From NCBI GenBank assembly GCA_051715445.1, contig JBPXJU010000023.1:171914-235913 (forward strand): a stretch of DNA of 64,000 nt, in the 5' to 3' direction. A program made the position numbers and the translations under genes. Below the pieces are notes generated by a model. The model ran no database searches. It saw only the letters and a program-made list of their open reading frames with translations, and was not told the origin of the DNA. Of this stretch, positions 18,582 through 28,776 are shown piece after piece. Each line of letters starts with the position of its first letter. Within the stretch, counting starts at the first letter, position 1. The DNA comes from Bacteroidota bacterium (lineage in GTDB: Bacteria; Bacteroidota; Bacteroidia; Cytophagales; Cyclobacteriaceae).

Positions 18582-20645
18582 GTGTTTAAAACGAAAGCAA
18601 TTATCAGATTACTTTTTCTAGGCTCTATAATAGCCTGGCTGGTATTGGTGTTTGCAGACATCACGGTATTGTATAGCGAAATCCGGCAGTTGCCACCGGG
18701 GGTGCCTAAGTGGCTGCCCAGCTTAATGCTGGATTTATTTATTGTTTGTCTGTTCTATTATTACCGTTACCGGATCGAGAAAGATGAGAGCCTGAGTTTT
18801 ACCGATCTGCTGTGGAAAGTATTTGCCACCGGGTTAATTGCCACAGTTGTTTCATTGGTGTTCCGGTTAGGTGAGTTTTTATTAGGCACAACCAAGCTGG
18901 CATCCGATCCTTTATTCAAGGATTTTATCTATCAGATCAACCTTGCCTTATTCTTAAGCTTTTTGTTGTCAGCCTATACCTCCTGGAAAAGGCTTATTCT
19001 CTATCAAAAATCAAAGTGGCTTATTCGTACCTGGATGGTATTTGAGTTGTGCCTGTTTCTTACTCTGCTCTACGATAGTCTTCAACTTTCATTTTCGCCT
19101 ACAGCCAACACCATCATCATTATAATAATTGCCTTGCTGGTAATTGTGCTTTCGGCCAATATGCGTTGGGTGGCTTATCTGAACTTTAAGCAAAAATGGA
19201 CCAGCCTTTTACTTTTGTTGCTTTCCTTCTTTTACCTGGGCTACTTTCTGTTTACGGTCAATTCCCTTTCGGCATTTATCAACGCAGCCGATCCCTCCTT
19301 TCAGGACTTCAGCAGTCATATTTTTAATGTGTGCCTGCTGTGCTTTGTAATGGTGTATAGCATTTTTTCTTTTCTGGTTATTTTGTTCAACCTGCCTACT
19401 TCATCTGTGTTTGAACAAAAACTGGAAGAGGTAATAAACTTTCAACGGATCAGTCAGTCAATTCAAACCGAACAGAATGAAGAAAGCGTTTATAATATTT
19501 TATTGGAGAGTTCGGTTAGTGCTGTATTTGCCGATGCCGCCTGGCTAGAGATTGAAAGCGCAAGCAATGGCAACAAATTTTTTACCTATAAAATTACCGA
19601 ACAGGAGTCGCTACAAATCCGCAACCACCTCAAACAAAATAATGTAAAGGGAGCACTGGATCAGAGTAGCGATAAAACAAAGAATTTGTCCAAATACCTG
19701 GCATCGCTAAAAGGTGTGCGCTTCCGTTCGCTCATTGCATTTCCTATAATAGTGAAAGGTGAAACAATTGGTACCCTTGCGTTATTAAAAGAATTGCCCG
19801 AAGGTTTCAACAAAGAAATGATGCGCATTGTATCGGCATTTGCAAACCAGGCCGGTATTTCTATTGAGAACTTCCGGCTGATGGAGCAGGCTTTTCAAAC
19901 AGAGCGTTACAAAGAGGAACTAAAAATTGCGAAGACAGTACAAAAGAGTTTGCTGCCAACAAAACTGGAAAATGATCCGGACTTCGAAATTTCTGCTTTC
20001 GCACAATCAGCCGATGAGGTGGGTGGTGATTATTATGACACACTACGCATAAACGACCATCAGGTAGCGCTTATCATTGCCGATGTTTCGGGTAAGGGAA
20101 CAAGTGCGGCCTTCCACATGTCGCAGATGAAAGGAATTTTTCATAGTCTGGCACAGCAGGAACTGGAACCAAAAGAATTTATGGAACGCGCCAACAAAGC
20201 GTTGGCATTTTGTCTGGAACGAGGATCATTTATTTCGGCCACTTATTTTGTGGTAGATACCAAAACAAAAACCATTCGCTACTCGCGTGCAGGGCATTGC
20301 CCGGTGTTGTATTACAAAGCCAGCGAAAATAAAACCCAATACCTGAAAGACAGAGGCACTGCATTAGGAATGGTGCGCACCCGCGATTATAGCCGGTTGG
20401 TAGAAAACAACGAAGTGCAGTATGCTCCGGGCGATGTAATGGTTCTGTACACCGATGGAATTACCGAAGCAAAAAACACAAAAGGTGAAGAGTTTGATTA
20501 TGACCGGCTGGAGGCTGCGTTACGCGAAGTAGCTGAAAAAAGTTCCCAGCAAATTGAAAAACATATTATCTCGCGGTTGTATGAGTTTTCAGGCTCTACA
20601 CTGATAAATGACGACTATACGTCTATGACAATAAAGTTCAGGTAA
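18582..20645 (+). CDS. membrane-bound SpoIIE/RsbU-like PP2C phosphatase with GAF domain
   Basis: About 8 N-terminal TM segments, GAF-like region, VGGDYYD, IADVSGKG, RAGHCP, LYTDGITE, DDYT; GTG start. Confidence 0.9.
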   Translation: MFKTKAIIRLLFLGSIIAWLVLVFADITVLYSEIRQLPPGVPKWLPSLMLDLFIVCLFYYYRYRIEKDESLSFTDLLWKVFATGLIATVVSLVFRLGEFLLGTTKLASDPLFKDFIYQINLALFLSFLLSAYTSWKRLILYQKSKWLIRTWMVFELCLFLTLLYDSLQLSFSPTANTIIIIIIALLVIVLSANMRWVAYLNFKQKWTSLLLLLLSFFYLGYFLFTVNSLSAFINAADPSFQDFSSHIFNVCLLCFVMVYSIFSFLVILFNLPTSSVFEQKLEEVINFQRISQSIQTEQNEESVYNILLESSVSAVFADAAWLEIESASNGNKFFTYKITEQESLQIRNHLKQNNVKGALDQSSDKTKNLSKYLASLKGVRFRSLIAFPIIVKGETIGTLALLKELPEGFNKEMMRIVSAFANQAGISIENFRLMEQAFQTERYKEELKIAKTVQKSLLPTKLENDPDFEISAFAQSADEVGGDYYDTLRINDHQVALIIADVSGKGTSAAFHMSQMKGIFHSLAQQELEPKEFMERANKALAFCLERGSFISATYFVVDTKTKTIRYSRAGHCPVLYYKASENKTQYLKDRGTALGMVRTRDYSRLVENNEVQYAPGDVMVLYTDGITEAKNTKGEEFDYDRLEAALREVAEKSSQQIEKHIISRLYEFSGSTLINDDYTSMTIKFR

Positions 20646-20681
20646 ACAATAAAAAAATAAAAACGTTAAAAAGAGTAACCC

Positions 20682-21032
20682 ATGGTTCACATTAAACGAT
20701 TACAGGAAGATGGCGCAGATATTATCTCAGTAATAGGAGAAATTGACGCAAGTTCTTCTATAGAGTTAGATTTGGCCATTGCGAAAAGCGTGGGCGAGGG
20801 CTTTAAAAAAATTCTGGTGGACTGCAGTGCGCTGGAATATATTTCCTCTGCCGGGTTAGGGGTTTTTATGTCGTACATAGAAGAGTTGAGAGACAAAAAT
20901 ATTCCAATGGTGTTGTTTGGTATGAAGGAGAAGGTAGCGAATACGTTTAGCATTTTAGGTCTGGCCGAATTGTTGCATATCGCTCCAACCAAGCCGGAAG
21001 CAAAGAAATTGGCCGATGAATTATCAGTATAA
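20682..21032 (+). CDS. STAS domain anti-sigma antagonist (RsbV/SpoIIAA-like)
   Basis: GEIDAS, VDCSALEYISSAGLG with phosphorylatable Ser. Confidence 0.9.
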   Translation: MVHIKRLQEDGADIISVIGEIDASSSIELDLAIAKSVGEGFKKILVDCSALEYISSAGLGVFMSYIEELRDKNIPMVLFGMKEKVANTFSILGLAELLHIAPTKPEAKKLADELSV

Positions 21033-21429
21033 CATAGGGTGTAGCCTCAGCAACCTGAAGGGCATTCGCGAGTTTGTTAGAACTTCGCTGAAGGACCAGC
21101 AGGTGCCTGAGATTGAAATGAGCGCAATTGTGCTGGCGTTAGACGAAATGTGTTCTAACCTGATGATCCACGCGCATCATTGTAATCCTGATCACATGCT
21201 GGAGTTGCATATCGATATTCCGGCAAGGGGAAAGTTTATTTTCGAAATTGTGGACGATGGCTCTTTATTCAATATAAATGAGTTTCATGAGCCCGATCTG
21301 GGCAACCTGGTTCACCAAAAACGCAAGGGCGGTTTAGGCATAAGGCTGGTAAAGGCCATAATGGACAACGTGGAGTATCTGAAACGGGACGAAAAGAACG
21401 TCTGTCGCCTTACCAAGATCATTAAATAG
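21016..21429 (+). CDS. RsbW/SpoIIAB-like anti-sigma serine kinase (HATPase_c_2)
   Basis: LALDEMCSN N-box, DDG, GGLGIRLV. Confidence 0.88.
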   Translation: MNYQYNIGCSLSNLKGIREFVRTSLKDQQVPEIEMSAIVLALDEMCSNLMIHAHHCNPDHMLELHIDIPARGKFIFEIVDDGSLFNINEFHEPDLGNLVHQKRKGGLGIRLVKAIMDNVEYLKRDEKNVCRLTKIIK

Positions 21430-21504
21430 GCCTCGCAAAGCCTGTTATTCCCTTCTAAAAAAACCCTATTTTTACGGTCTTGTTCACTTTACAAAAGCGA
21501 GTGT

Positions 21505-23451
21505 ATGCGGGTATTTTGGTTCTTGATTGTTGGCATCCTTTTTTCAGTAGCTTCACAAGCGCAGCAAAATAAGCAGGCTGCCACTAAACCGTTGTTTACC
21601 GCGGGTGGTGCAGTTGTAAGCACCGATGAGTTTGCCTACACCTATCGCAAAAACCACCAGAACAATCCGCAGGATTTTACAGATGAAAAAATCAACGAGT
21701 ACCTGCAGTTGTTTATCAACTTTAAATTGAAAGTAGCCGAGGCCCGCACCCGGGGGTTAGATACAACGGCTAAGTTTAATTCTGAATTCAAAACCTATCG
21801 CGAAGAACTAAAGAAACCTTACCGGGCCGAAGAAGATGCCCTGGAGAAATTGGTGCAGCAGACTTACCAGCGATTAACAGAAGAACTAAGGGCGGCCCAT
21901 ATTCTTATTTCAGTTGCAGAAGGTGCGGCTCCTGCTGATACACTTACGGCTTACCAAAAAGCTGAAGACATTAGAAAACGAATTACTGCCGGTGAAGATT
22001 TTGAAAAACTGGCCCGCGAATTTTCGCAAGACCCATCTGCCAAAGTGAACGGTGGCGACCTGGGTTATTTTACAGCGTTGCAAATGGTGGGTCCGTTTGA
22101 AGAAGCGGCTTTTTCAACACCGGTAGGGAGTATCTCACCAATTGTGCGCACGCGTTTTGGCTATCACCTTATAAAAGTAAAAGATCGTAAACCCTCGCGT
22201 GGCGAGGTGGAGGTATCGCACATTTTGTTACGTGCCGGTGGCGATGAAAGTGCGCTGCGCAGCAAAGCATTTTCAGTGCACGATCAGTTAAGGGGTGGTC
22301 GCAGCTGGGACGAAGTGTGCAAAGAGTTTTCAGATGACAAGAATACCAGCGAACAAGGAGGTAGGTTGCGGCCATTTGGTGTTGGAGCGTTGGCATCGGT
22401 ACCCGAGTTTGAAACGATGGCATTTTCCATGCAGCAGCCGGGCGAAATTTCAGATCCCTTTCAATCAGCTTTAGGATGGCACATCATCCGCTTTGAGCGA
22501 AAAATTCCGTTGCCTTCGCAGAAAGAAATGGATGCATCACTAAGGCGCAGGCTGGGTCGCGATGAACGCGTACAACAATCGCAACAATTGCAAAAGATGG
22601 CCCGCAGAAAAAAATTCCAGTTTGTGGAGCAGCGCGAAACGCTCGAAAAAATTTTAGCCAAAGTTGATAGCTCCCTGACAAAAGCTAACTGGACCTACAA
22701 ACCCGAAGCGGCACTGGGCTCGCAACAACTTTTTTCTGTCGGCAACACTCCCTATACGGTGAATCAGTTTGTAAACTTTGTTCAAAAAAATCAAAAGGCA
22801 ACGCGACTGGCCCCGCGGACTTATGCCCAACAGTTGTATGACGAGTGGGCGGAAGAAAAAATTCAAACCGCGGAAGAAGAAAAATTAAAACAGGAAAATC
22901 CGGATTTCAAAAATCTGCTTACCGAATACTATGAAGGAATTTTGCTGTTTGAGATTATGGAAAAAGAGGTGTGGAATAAAGCCTCGGAAGATACTGTAGG
23001 GCAGAAGAAATTTTACGAAGCCAATAAGAGTAAGTACCAGGCTGGCGATCGGGTAGAAGCACGATACTTTGCCACCAACGATAAAAAGATAATTACCGAA
23101 ACGTTGGCCAAAATCAATAAGGGCGATACACTTTCAGCAGCCGATCTGCGTAAATTCAAAGCCGTTCAGAATTTCAGAACTTACGAAAAGAAAGACAGCA
23201 AAGTAATTGATCAGGTAACGTGGGTTAATGGTTTGCACGAAGCCGAGGTAGATGGCTTGCATTACCTTGTTGAGATTAAGCGACTGGTGCCTCCGGGTAT
23301 AAAAGAGTATAACGAAGCACGCGCGCAGGTAATAGCCGATTATCAGGACGAACTGGAAAAACAGTGGATAGCAGATTTACGCCAAAAGTATCCCGTTAAA
23401 ATCAATAAAAAAGGTAAGAAAGCCGTTATAGCAGAGTTAACCAAAAAATGA
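21505..23451 (+). CDS. periplasmic parvulin PPIase with two rotamase domains
   Basis: Signal peptide; AAHILI..FEKLAREFSQDP..GGDLG..FGYHLIK and VSHILL..SDD..GG.L..GWHIIR. Confidence 0.9.
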   Translation: MRVFWFLIVGILFSVASQAQQNKQAATKPLFTAGGAVVSTDEFAYTYRKNHQNNPQDFTDEKINEYLQLFINFKLKVAEARTRGLDTTAKFNSEFKTYREELKKPYRAEEDALEKLVQQTYQRLTEELRAAHILISVAEGAAPADTLTAYQKAEDIRKRITAGEDFEKLAREFSQDPSAKVNGGDLGYFTALQMVGPFEEAAFSTPVGSISPIVRTRFGYHLIKVKDRKPSRGEVEVSHILLRAGGDESALRSKAFSVHDQLRGGRSWDEVCKEFSDDKNTSEQGGRLRPFGVGALASVPEFETMAFSMQQPGEISDPFQSALGWHIIRFERKIPLPSQKEMDASLRRRLGRDERVQQSQQLQKMARRKKFQFVEQRETLEKILAKVDSSLTKANWTYKPEAALGSQQLFSVGNTPYTVNQFVNFVQKNQKATRLAPRTYAQQLYDEWAEEKIQTAEEEKLKQENPDFKNLLTEYYEGILLFEIMEKEVWNKASEDTVGQKKFYEANKSKYQAGDRVEARYFATNDKKIITETLAKINKGDTLSAADLRKFKAVQNFRTYEKKDSKVIDQVTWVNGLHEAEVDGLHYLVEIKRLVPPGIKEYNEARAQVIADYQDELEKQWIADLRQKYPVKINKKGKKAVIAELTKK

Positions 23452-24341
23452 GCGTTACCGTACGACATATTATTTCGGTTGTAATTTGTTCCGTATTGCT
23501 GGGTATGGGCGGATGCGACCTTATTCGAATGAAGAAAGAAAAGAGCGAGGCCGAGAATACCCGCAAAACGGTGGCGCGGGTGCACAACTCTTTACTTTAT
23601 CAGGATGAATTGGCGGGCATTATTCCGGCAGGAGCCACAGCCGATGATAGTATTGCACGGGTTACAGCCTATGTAAACAGTTGGATTCGTAAGCAGTTGG
23701 TTATTCATGAGGCCACTAAAAATATTGACATTAATGAAGCCGAAGTAGAACGGAAGGTGCTGGATTATCGCTACAGCCTTATCGGCTATGAGTATCAGAA
23801 CTATTACATTCAGAAAAACCTGAATGATAGCGTGAGCGATAAGGAAATTCAGGAGTACTATAATTCGCGACTGGATAATTTTATTCTGAAACAAAACATT
23901 GTTCAGGGCACGTACATCAAAGTTCCCAAAGAAGCGCCCCGCACCAAACGCATTAAAGATCTGATGTATTCCCGTAAGGAAAAGGATGTGGCCGAACTGC
24001 GTTCGTATTGCCTGAGTTTTTCGGCAGCGTATCACCTGGCTGATTCATCGTGGATTGAGTTTGATAAACTGGTGGTGAACTCACCGCTGGCGGAAATACC
24101 TAATAAGGTTCAGTTTTTACGCAGCCACAACTACTACGAAACTACCGATGCCGAATTTTTGTATTTCCTGAAGATTGATGCCTACAAAATGTCTGATAAT
24201 GTATCGCCACTGGAATTTGTGAAACAGGACATTAAAAACATTATTTTAAACAAAAGAAAAGTTGAACTTGCACGTAAATTGGAAGACGAAGTGTATGAAA
24301 ATGCCGCTAAACAAAACGATTTCGAAATATATAATCACTAG
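23448..24341 (+). CDS. PPIase-cluster lipoprotein (degenerate rotamase/SurA-N-like)
   Basis: GMGGC lipobox, VARVHNSLLY, C-terminal PLEFVKQDIKNIILNKRK; conserved-looking position between two PPIases. Confidence 0.75.
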   Translation: MSVTVRHIISVVICSVLLGMGGCDLIRMKKEKSEAENTRKTVARVHNSLLYQDELAGIIPAGATADDSIARVTAYVNSWIRKQLVIHEATKNIDINEAEVERKVLDYRYSLIGYEYQNYYIQKNLNDSVSDKEIQEYYNSRLDNFILKQNIVQGTYIKVPKEAPRTKRIKDLMYSRKEKDVAELRSYCLSFSAAYHLADSSWIEFDKLVVNSPLAEIPNKVQFLRSHNYYETTDAEFLYFLKIDAYKMSDNVSPLEFVKQDIKNIILNKRKVELARKLEDEVYENAAKQNDFEIYNH

Positions 24342-25650
24342 TGCGCTGGTGCTTGTTGCCTGGACAACGGCCCGTGCGCAGGATAATGGCTTTGTGGTAG
24401 ATAAGATAATCGCCAAAGTAGATAATTACATCGTGCTGAAGAGCGAACTGGAAACTGCTTACCAGGCTTATCTGGCCGAAGGAAATCCTCAATCGCAGGA
24501 AGCCCGTTGCGAACTTTTTAACAGGCTAATCATTAACAAGCTAATGGTGGCCAAAGCCGAGATCGACTCTGTAATTGTTACCGATATTGAGGTTGATGGT
24601 AATACCGAACAACGGATGGCCATGATTCTTCAAAATTCAGGAAACTCACCCGAACAATTAGAACGTGCTTACGGTAAAACCCTGGAGCAAATTAAATTGG
24701 AATTGCGGGAGCAGATTCGCGAGCAGTTGATTGCACGCGAAATGACCAACCGCATTACACAAGACATAACGGTTACACCTGCAGAGATAAAAAAATTCTT
24801 TAACAAGATTCCGGCCGATAGTCTGCCTTTTTATTCATCGGATGTGGAGGTAGCACAAATTGTACGCACAGCTAAGGTAAGTGCAGCTCAGGAAGAAGAA
24901 GCCCGAAAAAAATTGATTGATCTTCGGGAGCGCTTGCTGAAGGGCGAAAACTTTACTGAGCTGGCCATGAAAAACTCAGAAGACCAAAGCGCACAATACA
25001 ACGGAGGCGAATTGGGATACGTGGGCCGTGGAGCCATGGTACCTGAATTTGAAGCGCAGGCATTTAAGCTGAAGTTGGGCGAGATTTCTCAACCCTTTAA
25101 GTCGCCTTTCGGGTTTCACATTATGCAATTGATTGATCGTAGAGGTAATGAATACAACTCGCGCCACATTTTGATATCAGCGGTGCCTTCTGAAGATGAT
25201 ATAAAGCAAGCTGAGAAATTTTTAGATAGTATTCGCACTAAAATAACTACGGATAAACTCAAGTTTGAACAAATAGCAAAGGAGATTTCAGACGATGCCA
25301 ACACTAAAGGCCTGGGCGGATTTTTTACCGATGCCGATGGCTCCACCCGGATTTCCATGCGCGATATTGATCCCGTTGTTTATCTCAACATTGACACCAT
25401 GAAAGTGGGGAACATCTCCAAACCCCTGCGGTATCGCACCGATGATGGTAAAGAGGCGGTGAGAATTCTGTATTTTAAAACCAAGCTGGCTCCGCACGTA
25501 GCAAACCTGAAGGACGATTGGAGCAGGATTCAATCGGCCGCACTTGCTGAAAAGAAAGACCTTACCTTGGATAAATGGTTTACCAAAGCCCGGCAAGATG
25601 TGTTCATTAACATCGACCCGGCCTATAACTATTGTAAAATTCTGGAGTAG
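24295..25650 (+). CDS. surA: SurA-like chaperone/PPIase
   Basis: VVDKIIAKVDNYIVLKSE, two parvulin domains (GGELG, FGFHIMQL, RHILI); start 24295 or 24301. Confidence 0.85.
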   Translation: MKMPLNKTISKYIITSALVLVAWTTARAQDNGFVVDKIIAKVDNYIVLKSELETAYQAYLAEGNPQSQEARCELFNRLIINKLMVAKAEIDSVIVTDIEVDGNTEQRMAMILQNSGNSPEQLERAYGKTLEQIKLELREQIREQLIAREMTNRITQDITVTPAEIKKFFNKIPADSLPFYSSDVEVAQIVRTAKVSAAQEEEARKKLIDLRERLLKGENFTELAMKNSEDQSAQYNGGELGYVGRGAMVPEFEAQAFKLKLGEISQPFKSPFGFHIMQLIDRRGNEYNSRHILISAVPSEDDIKQAEKFLDSIRTKITTDKLKFEQIAKEISDDANTKGLGGFFTDADGSTRISMRDIDPVVYLNIDTMKVGNISKPLRYRTDDGKEAVRILYFKTKLAPHVANLKDDWSRIQSAALAEKKDLTLDKWFTKARQDVFINIDPAYNYCKILE

Positions 25651-25718
25651 CAACCGCTGGTGTACTTGTGCCAACCTGACCCCGCAAAACCCGTATCTTT
25701 CCGTTATAAACAAATTGT

Positions 25719-26681
25719 ATGGCGCAGATTTTTTCTAACGATGTTGAAGCAGCCGATGCTCTGAAGCAAGCTTATGCTAACCTGAAAAAGGAAATCGCGA
25801 AAGTGGTAGTAGGCCAGGATGATGTTGTACGATTAGTGCTTACCGGAATTTTTTGCCAGGGTCATTCATTACTGGTGGGGGTGCCCGGATTAGCCAAAAC
25901 ATTGTTGGTGCAAACTATTGCCACCTCACTCGATCTTAATTTTAAGCGAATTCAATTCACGCCCGACTTAATGCCATCGGACATAGTGGGTGCTGAAACC
26001 ATGGACAAAGAGCGCAACTTTCAATTTGTAAAAGGGCCCATTTTTGCCAACATTATTCTGGCCGATGAGATAAACCGTACGCCACCTAAAACACAAGCCG
26101 CCTTACTGGAGTCGATGCAGGAATATGCGGTTACTATTGCCGGCAAGCAGTACGAATTACCACGACCATTCTTTGTTCTGGCAACTCAAAATCCAATTGA
26201 ACAGGAAGGAACGTACCCGTTGCCAGAAGCTCAGCTCGATCGTTTTATGTTCAACATCTGGTTGGATTACCCATCTTATCATCAGGAAGTGGACATTGTA
26301 AAAAGCACCACTGCCGATGATGTGAAAAAGGTAACAAAAGTGCTAACGGCTGATGAGATAGTAACCTTTCAACATCTGGTGCGCAGAGTTCCGGTTGCCG
26401 ATAATGTGGTTGAGTATGCTGTTAAACTTTCGCAAGCTACAAGACCCGCACAAGGCAATACGGTGGCTAACGAGTATTTAGAGTGGGGTGCTGGTCCCCG
26501 TGCCTCGCAGTACCTGGTACTGGGTGCAAAATGTAATGCATTGATTAACGGAAAATACTCACCCGATATTGAAGATGTACAAGCGGTTGCCCGGCCGGTG
26601 TTGCGCCACCGCATTGTGCGCAACTTCAAAGCGGAAGCTGAGGGTGTAAGCGTTGATAATCTGATTGAGAAGTTGCTCTGA
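25719..26681 (+). CDS. MoxR family AAA+ ATPase
   Basis: GVPGLAKT, RIQFTPDLMPSDI, LADEINRTPPKTQAALLE, ATQNPIEQEGTYPLPEAQLDRF. Confidence 0.96.
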   Translation: MAQIFSNDVEAADALKQAYANLKKEIAKVVVGQDDVVRLVLTGIFCQGHSLLVGVPGLAKTLLVQTIATSLDLNFKRIQFTPDLMPSDIVGAETMDKERNFQFVKGPIFANIILADEINRTPPKTQAALLESMQEYAVTIAGKQYELPRPFFVLATQNPIEQEGTYPLPEAQLDRFMFNIWLDYPSYHQEVDIVKSTTADDVKKVTKVLTADEIVTFQHLVRRVPVADNVVEYAVKLSQATRPAQGNTVANEYLEWGAGPRASQYLVLGAKCNALINGKYSPDIEDVQAVARPVLRHRIVRNFKAEAEGVSVDNLIEKLL

Positions 26682-26682
26682 T

Positions 26683-27363
26683 TTAAGAAGCCACCTCCAA
26701 CCGAAATCCAACTCCATGATAATTCACAATCTGAACGCGCGGATCTTCTTTTAGATATTTGCGCAGTTTGGAAATGAATACGTCCATAGAGCGACCCAGA
26801 AAATAATCATCATTACCCCAAACCGCGTTCAGAATTTCTTCCCGTTTCAACACACGATCTTTGTTTTTGCAAAGCAGTTTTAATACTTCAGCTTCTTTTT
26901 GTGTGAGCGACTTTTCGCCACTGTTATGAAGGAGTGTAAAATTGGTACAGTCAAACTGAAAATCGCCTAAGGTAAAATTCTGGGTTTGTGGCTGGGGAGT
27001 ACTTCTGCGCAGGAAGACTTCAATACGCAGGCATAATTCTTCCATGCTAAAAGGCTTCACAATGTAATCGTCACCACCTTGTTTAAAGCCCTCAATCTTG
27101 TCTTCCTGCATGGATTTGGCCGTTACAAAAAGAATTGGCACTTGCTGATTCTGGCTGCGGATTTGTTTGGCTAGCGTAAAGCCATCTTTTTTGGGCATCA
27201 TTACATCCAGAATACACAAATCGTAAGATGCTTGATTAAACTGGTTGAAGCCGTCTTCGCCATTATTACACCACGTAACGGCATAGCCGCGTTGTTCCAG
27301 GTTATCTTTAATTACAAAACCCAGGTTAGGATCGTCTTCCGTTAAAAGGATTTTTGCCTGCAT
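26683..27363 (-). CDS. OmpR family response regulator (RprY-like)
   Basis: EDD, LDVMMPKKDG, TAK, KPF, RSMDVFISKLRK, HGVGF; start MQAKIL. Confidence 0.93.
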   Translation of the reverse strand: MQAKILLTEDDPNLGFVIKDNLEQRGYAVTWCNNGEDGFNQFNQASYDLCILDVMMPKKDGFTLAKQIRSQNQQVPILFVTAKSMQEDKIEGFKQGGDDYIVKPFSMEELCLRIEVFLRRSTPQPQTQNFTLGDFQFDCTNFTLLHNSGEKSLTQKEAEVLKLLCKNKDRVLKREEILNAVWGNDDYFLGRSMDVFISKLRKYLKEDPRVQIVNYHGVGFRLEVAS

Positions 27364-27370
27364 AGTATTT

Positions 27371-28624
27371 CTAAACAAGAGGTAATACGATAGAAAAGCA
27401 ACTTCCGTTGCCTGGTTCGCTACTCACCGCAATTTTTCCTTTGTGCCCTTCTACAATAAGCTTTACATAACTAAGCCCCAGGCCAAAACCTTTTACATCG
27501 TGAAGGTTGCCAGTAGGTACCCGGTAAAACCGGAAGAAAATTTTACGTTGATCTTCGGGCTTAATACCGATACCATTATCCTGAATGTCGATCTGAATAC
27601 TGCCGTTTACGTTCTTACTCCGTACGATAATTTCAGGAGCGTTTGCATTGTATTTTATGGCGTTATCCAACAGGTTAAAAAACACATTGGTAAGGTGAAG
27701 TTTATCAGCAGCGAGTTGCGACCGGGTAGCCTGTAAATCAAGCGAGATGGTAGCCTTTGAGTGGATAGCATTAGTATTAACAGCATCCTGAATCAAATCG
27801 TGCACATCAACAGTTTCTTTCTTCAACCCAATATCTTCTTTTTCCAAACGGGCCATTTGTAGCACCCGCTCTACTTGTTGCTTTAAGCGCTGATTTTCAT
27901 TTTCAATTATTGTGGCATAGTTAAGCAGGCGTTCTGGCGCTTTTACAATATTGGGATCTTTTAGTACCGCAGTTGAGATGGCAATTGTGGATAGCGGAGT
28001 TTTAAACTCGTGGGTCATGTTGTTGATAAAATCTTTCTGAATTTCAGATAAGCGTCTTTGCTTCAGAATTACTAACAACGTGTACACAAAAAAGAAAATC
28101 ACCACCAGTAAAACCGCGGACGAGAATCCCCAGATTCCCATCTGGCTGATCAGGTTCGCTTCCACCAGGGGAAAGCGTACTCCAAAATAATACCCATCGT
28201 TTTGCCAGGTAGGCAATTCTGAAAAGCTGGCCGGCAAAACTTTTTTGGGCGAAACGTAAGTGCCACCGGCCATGCACTTACTGGCGCAATCATAAACACC
28301 GTACTCAAAATCGGCAGTAACATGACGTTTTTCAAATTCTGTAACCAATAGAAATTCCAGCAGGTTGTTATCGATTGGGCCATTTACCAGCACGGTAAAA
28401 TAGTTGGTAGAAATCTGGTTTACGAGCGTGTTAGCAGGCGATGGGGTTTTATTTATCTCCAGAATTTTGTTGGCCACGTTACTTAAGGCGGCCGTTACAT
28501 CCTGATTAAATTGATTTTTTCGCAGATCAAAGGCTTTGCGTACCCAATAGATTTGAGTGGCGGTGATACCCACTATGCTAACAGCGGCTAAAATAATTAC
28601 AATCCGTAGAGTTAGTCTGCTCAC
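27371..28624 (-). CDS. sensor histidine kinase (RprX-like)
   Basis: Two TM, NNMTHEFKTPL H-box, NLLDNAIKY, DNGIGI, GFGLGL; probable GTG start 28624. Confidence 0.92.
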   Translation of the reverse strand: MSRLTLRIVIILAAVSIVGITATQIYWVRKAFDLRKNQFNQDVTAALSNVANKILEINKTPSPANTLVNQISTNYFTVLVNGPIDNNLLEFLLVTEFEKRHVTADFEYGVYDCASKCMAGGTYVSPKKVLPASFSELPTWQNDGYYFGVRFPLVEANLISQMGIWGFSSAVLLVVIFFFVYTLLVILKQRRLSEIQKDFINNMTHEFKTPLSTIAISTAVLKDPNIVKAPERLLNYATIIENENQRLKQQVERVLQMARLEKEDIGLKKETVDVHDLIQDAVNTNAIHSKATISLDLQATRSQLAADKLHLTNVFFNLLDNAIKYNANAPEIIVRSKNVNGSIQIDIQDNGIGIKPEDQRKIFFRFYRVPTGNLHDVKGFGLGLSYVKLIVEGHKGKIAVSSEPGNGSCFSIVLPLV

Positions 28625-28662
28625 CTTACAAAGGTAGGCAGTATTTAAATGCCGGTTAGGCT

Positions 28663-28700
28663 TTAACAAGTCCTTAACACTATTTAGGTACCCGTTAACA
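28663..28700. promoter_or_regulatory. TTAACA direct-repeat array (OmpR-type box candidate)
   Basis: TTAACA at 28663, 28674 and 28695 (11- and 21-bp steps) between the divergent HK and DUF1573 genes. Confidence 0.5.
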
Positions 28701-28776
28701 CCGGGCCTGCTTTTTGTGTTAGAAGTTTGTATCGTTTATCGAAACCCAGTAAGTTTAACCTAAAATTGATGAGAAT

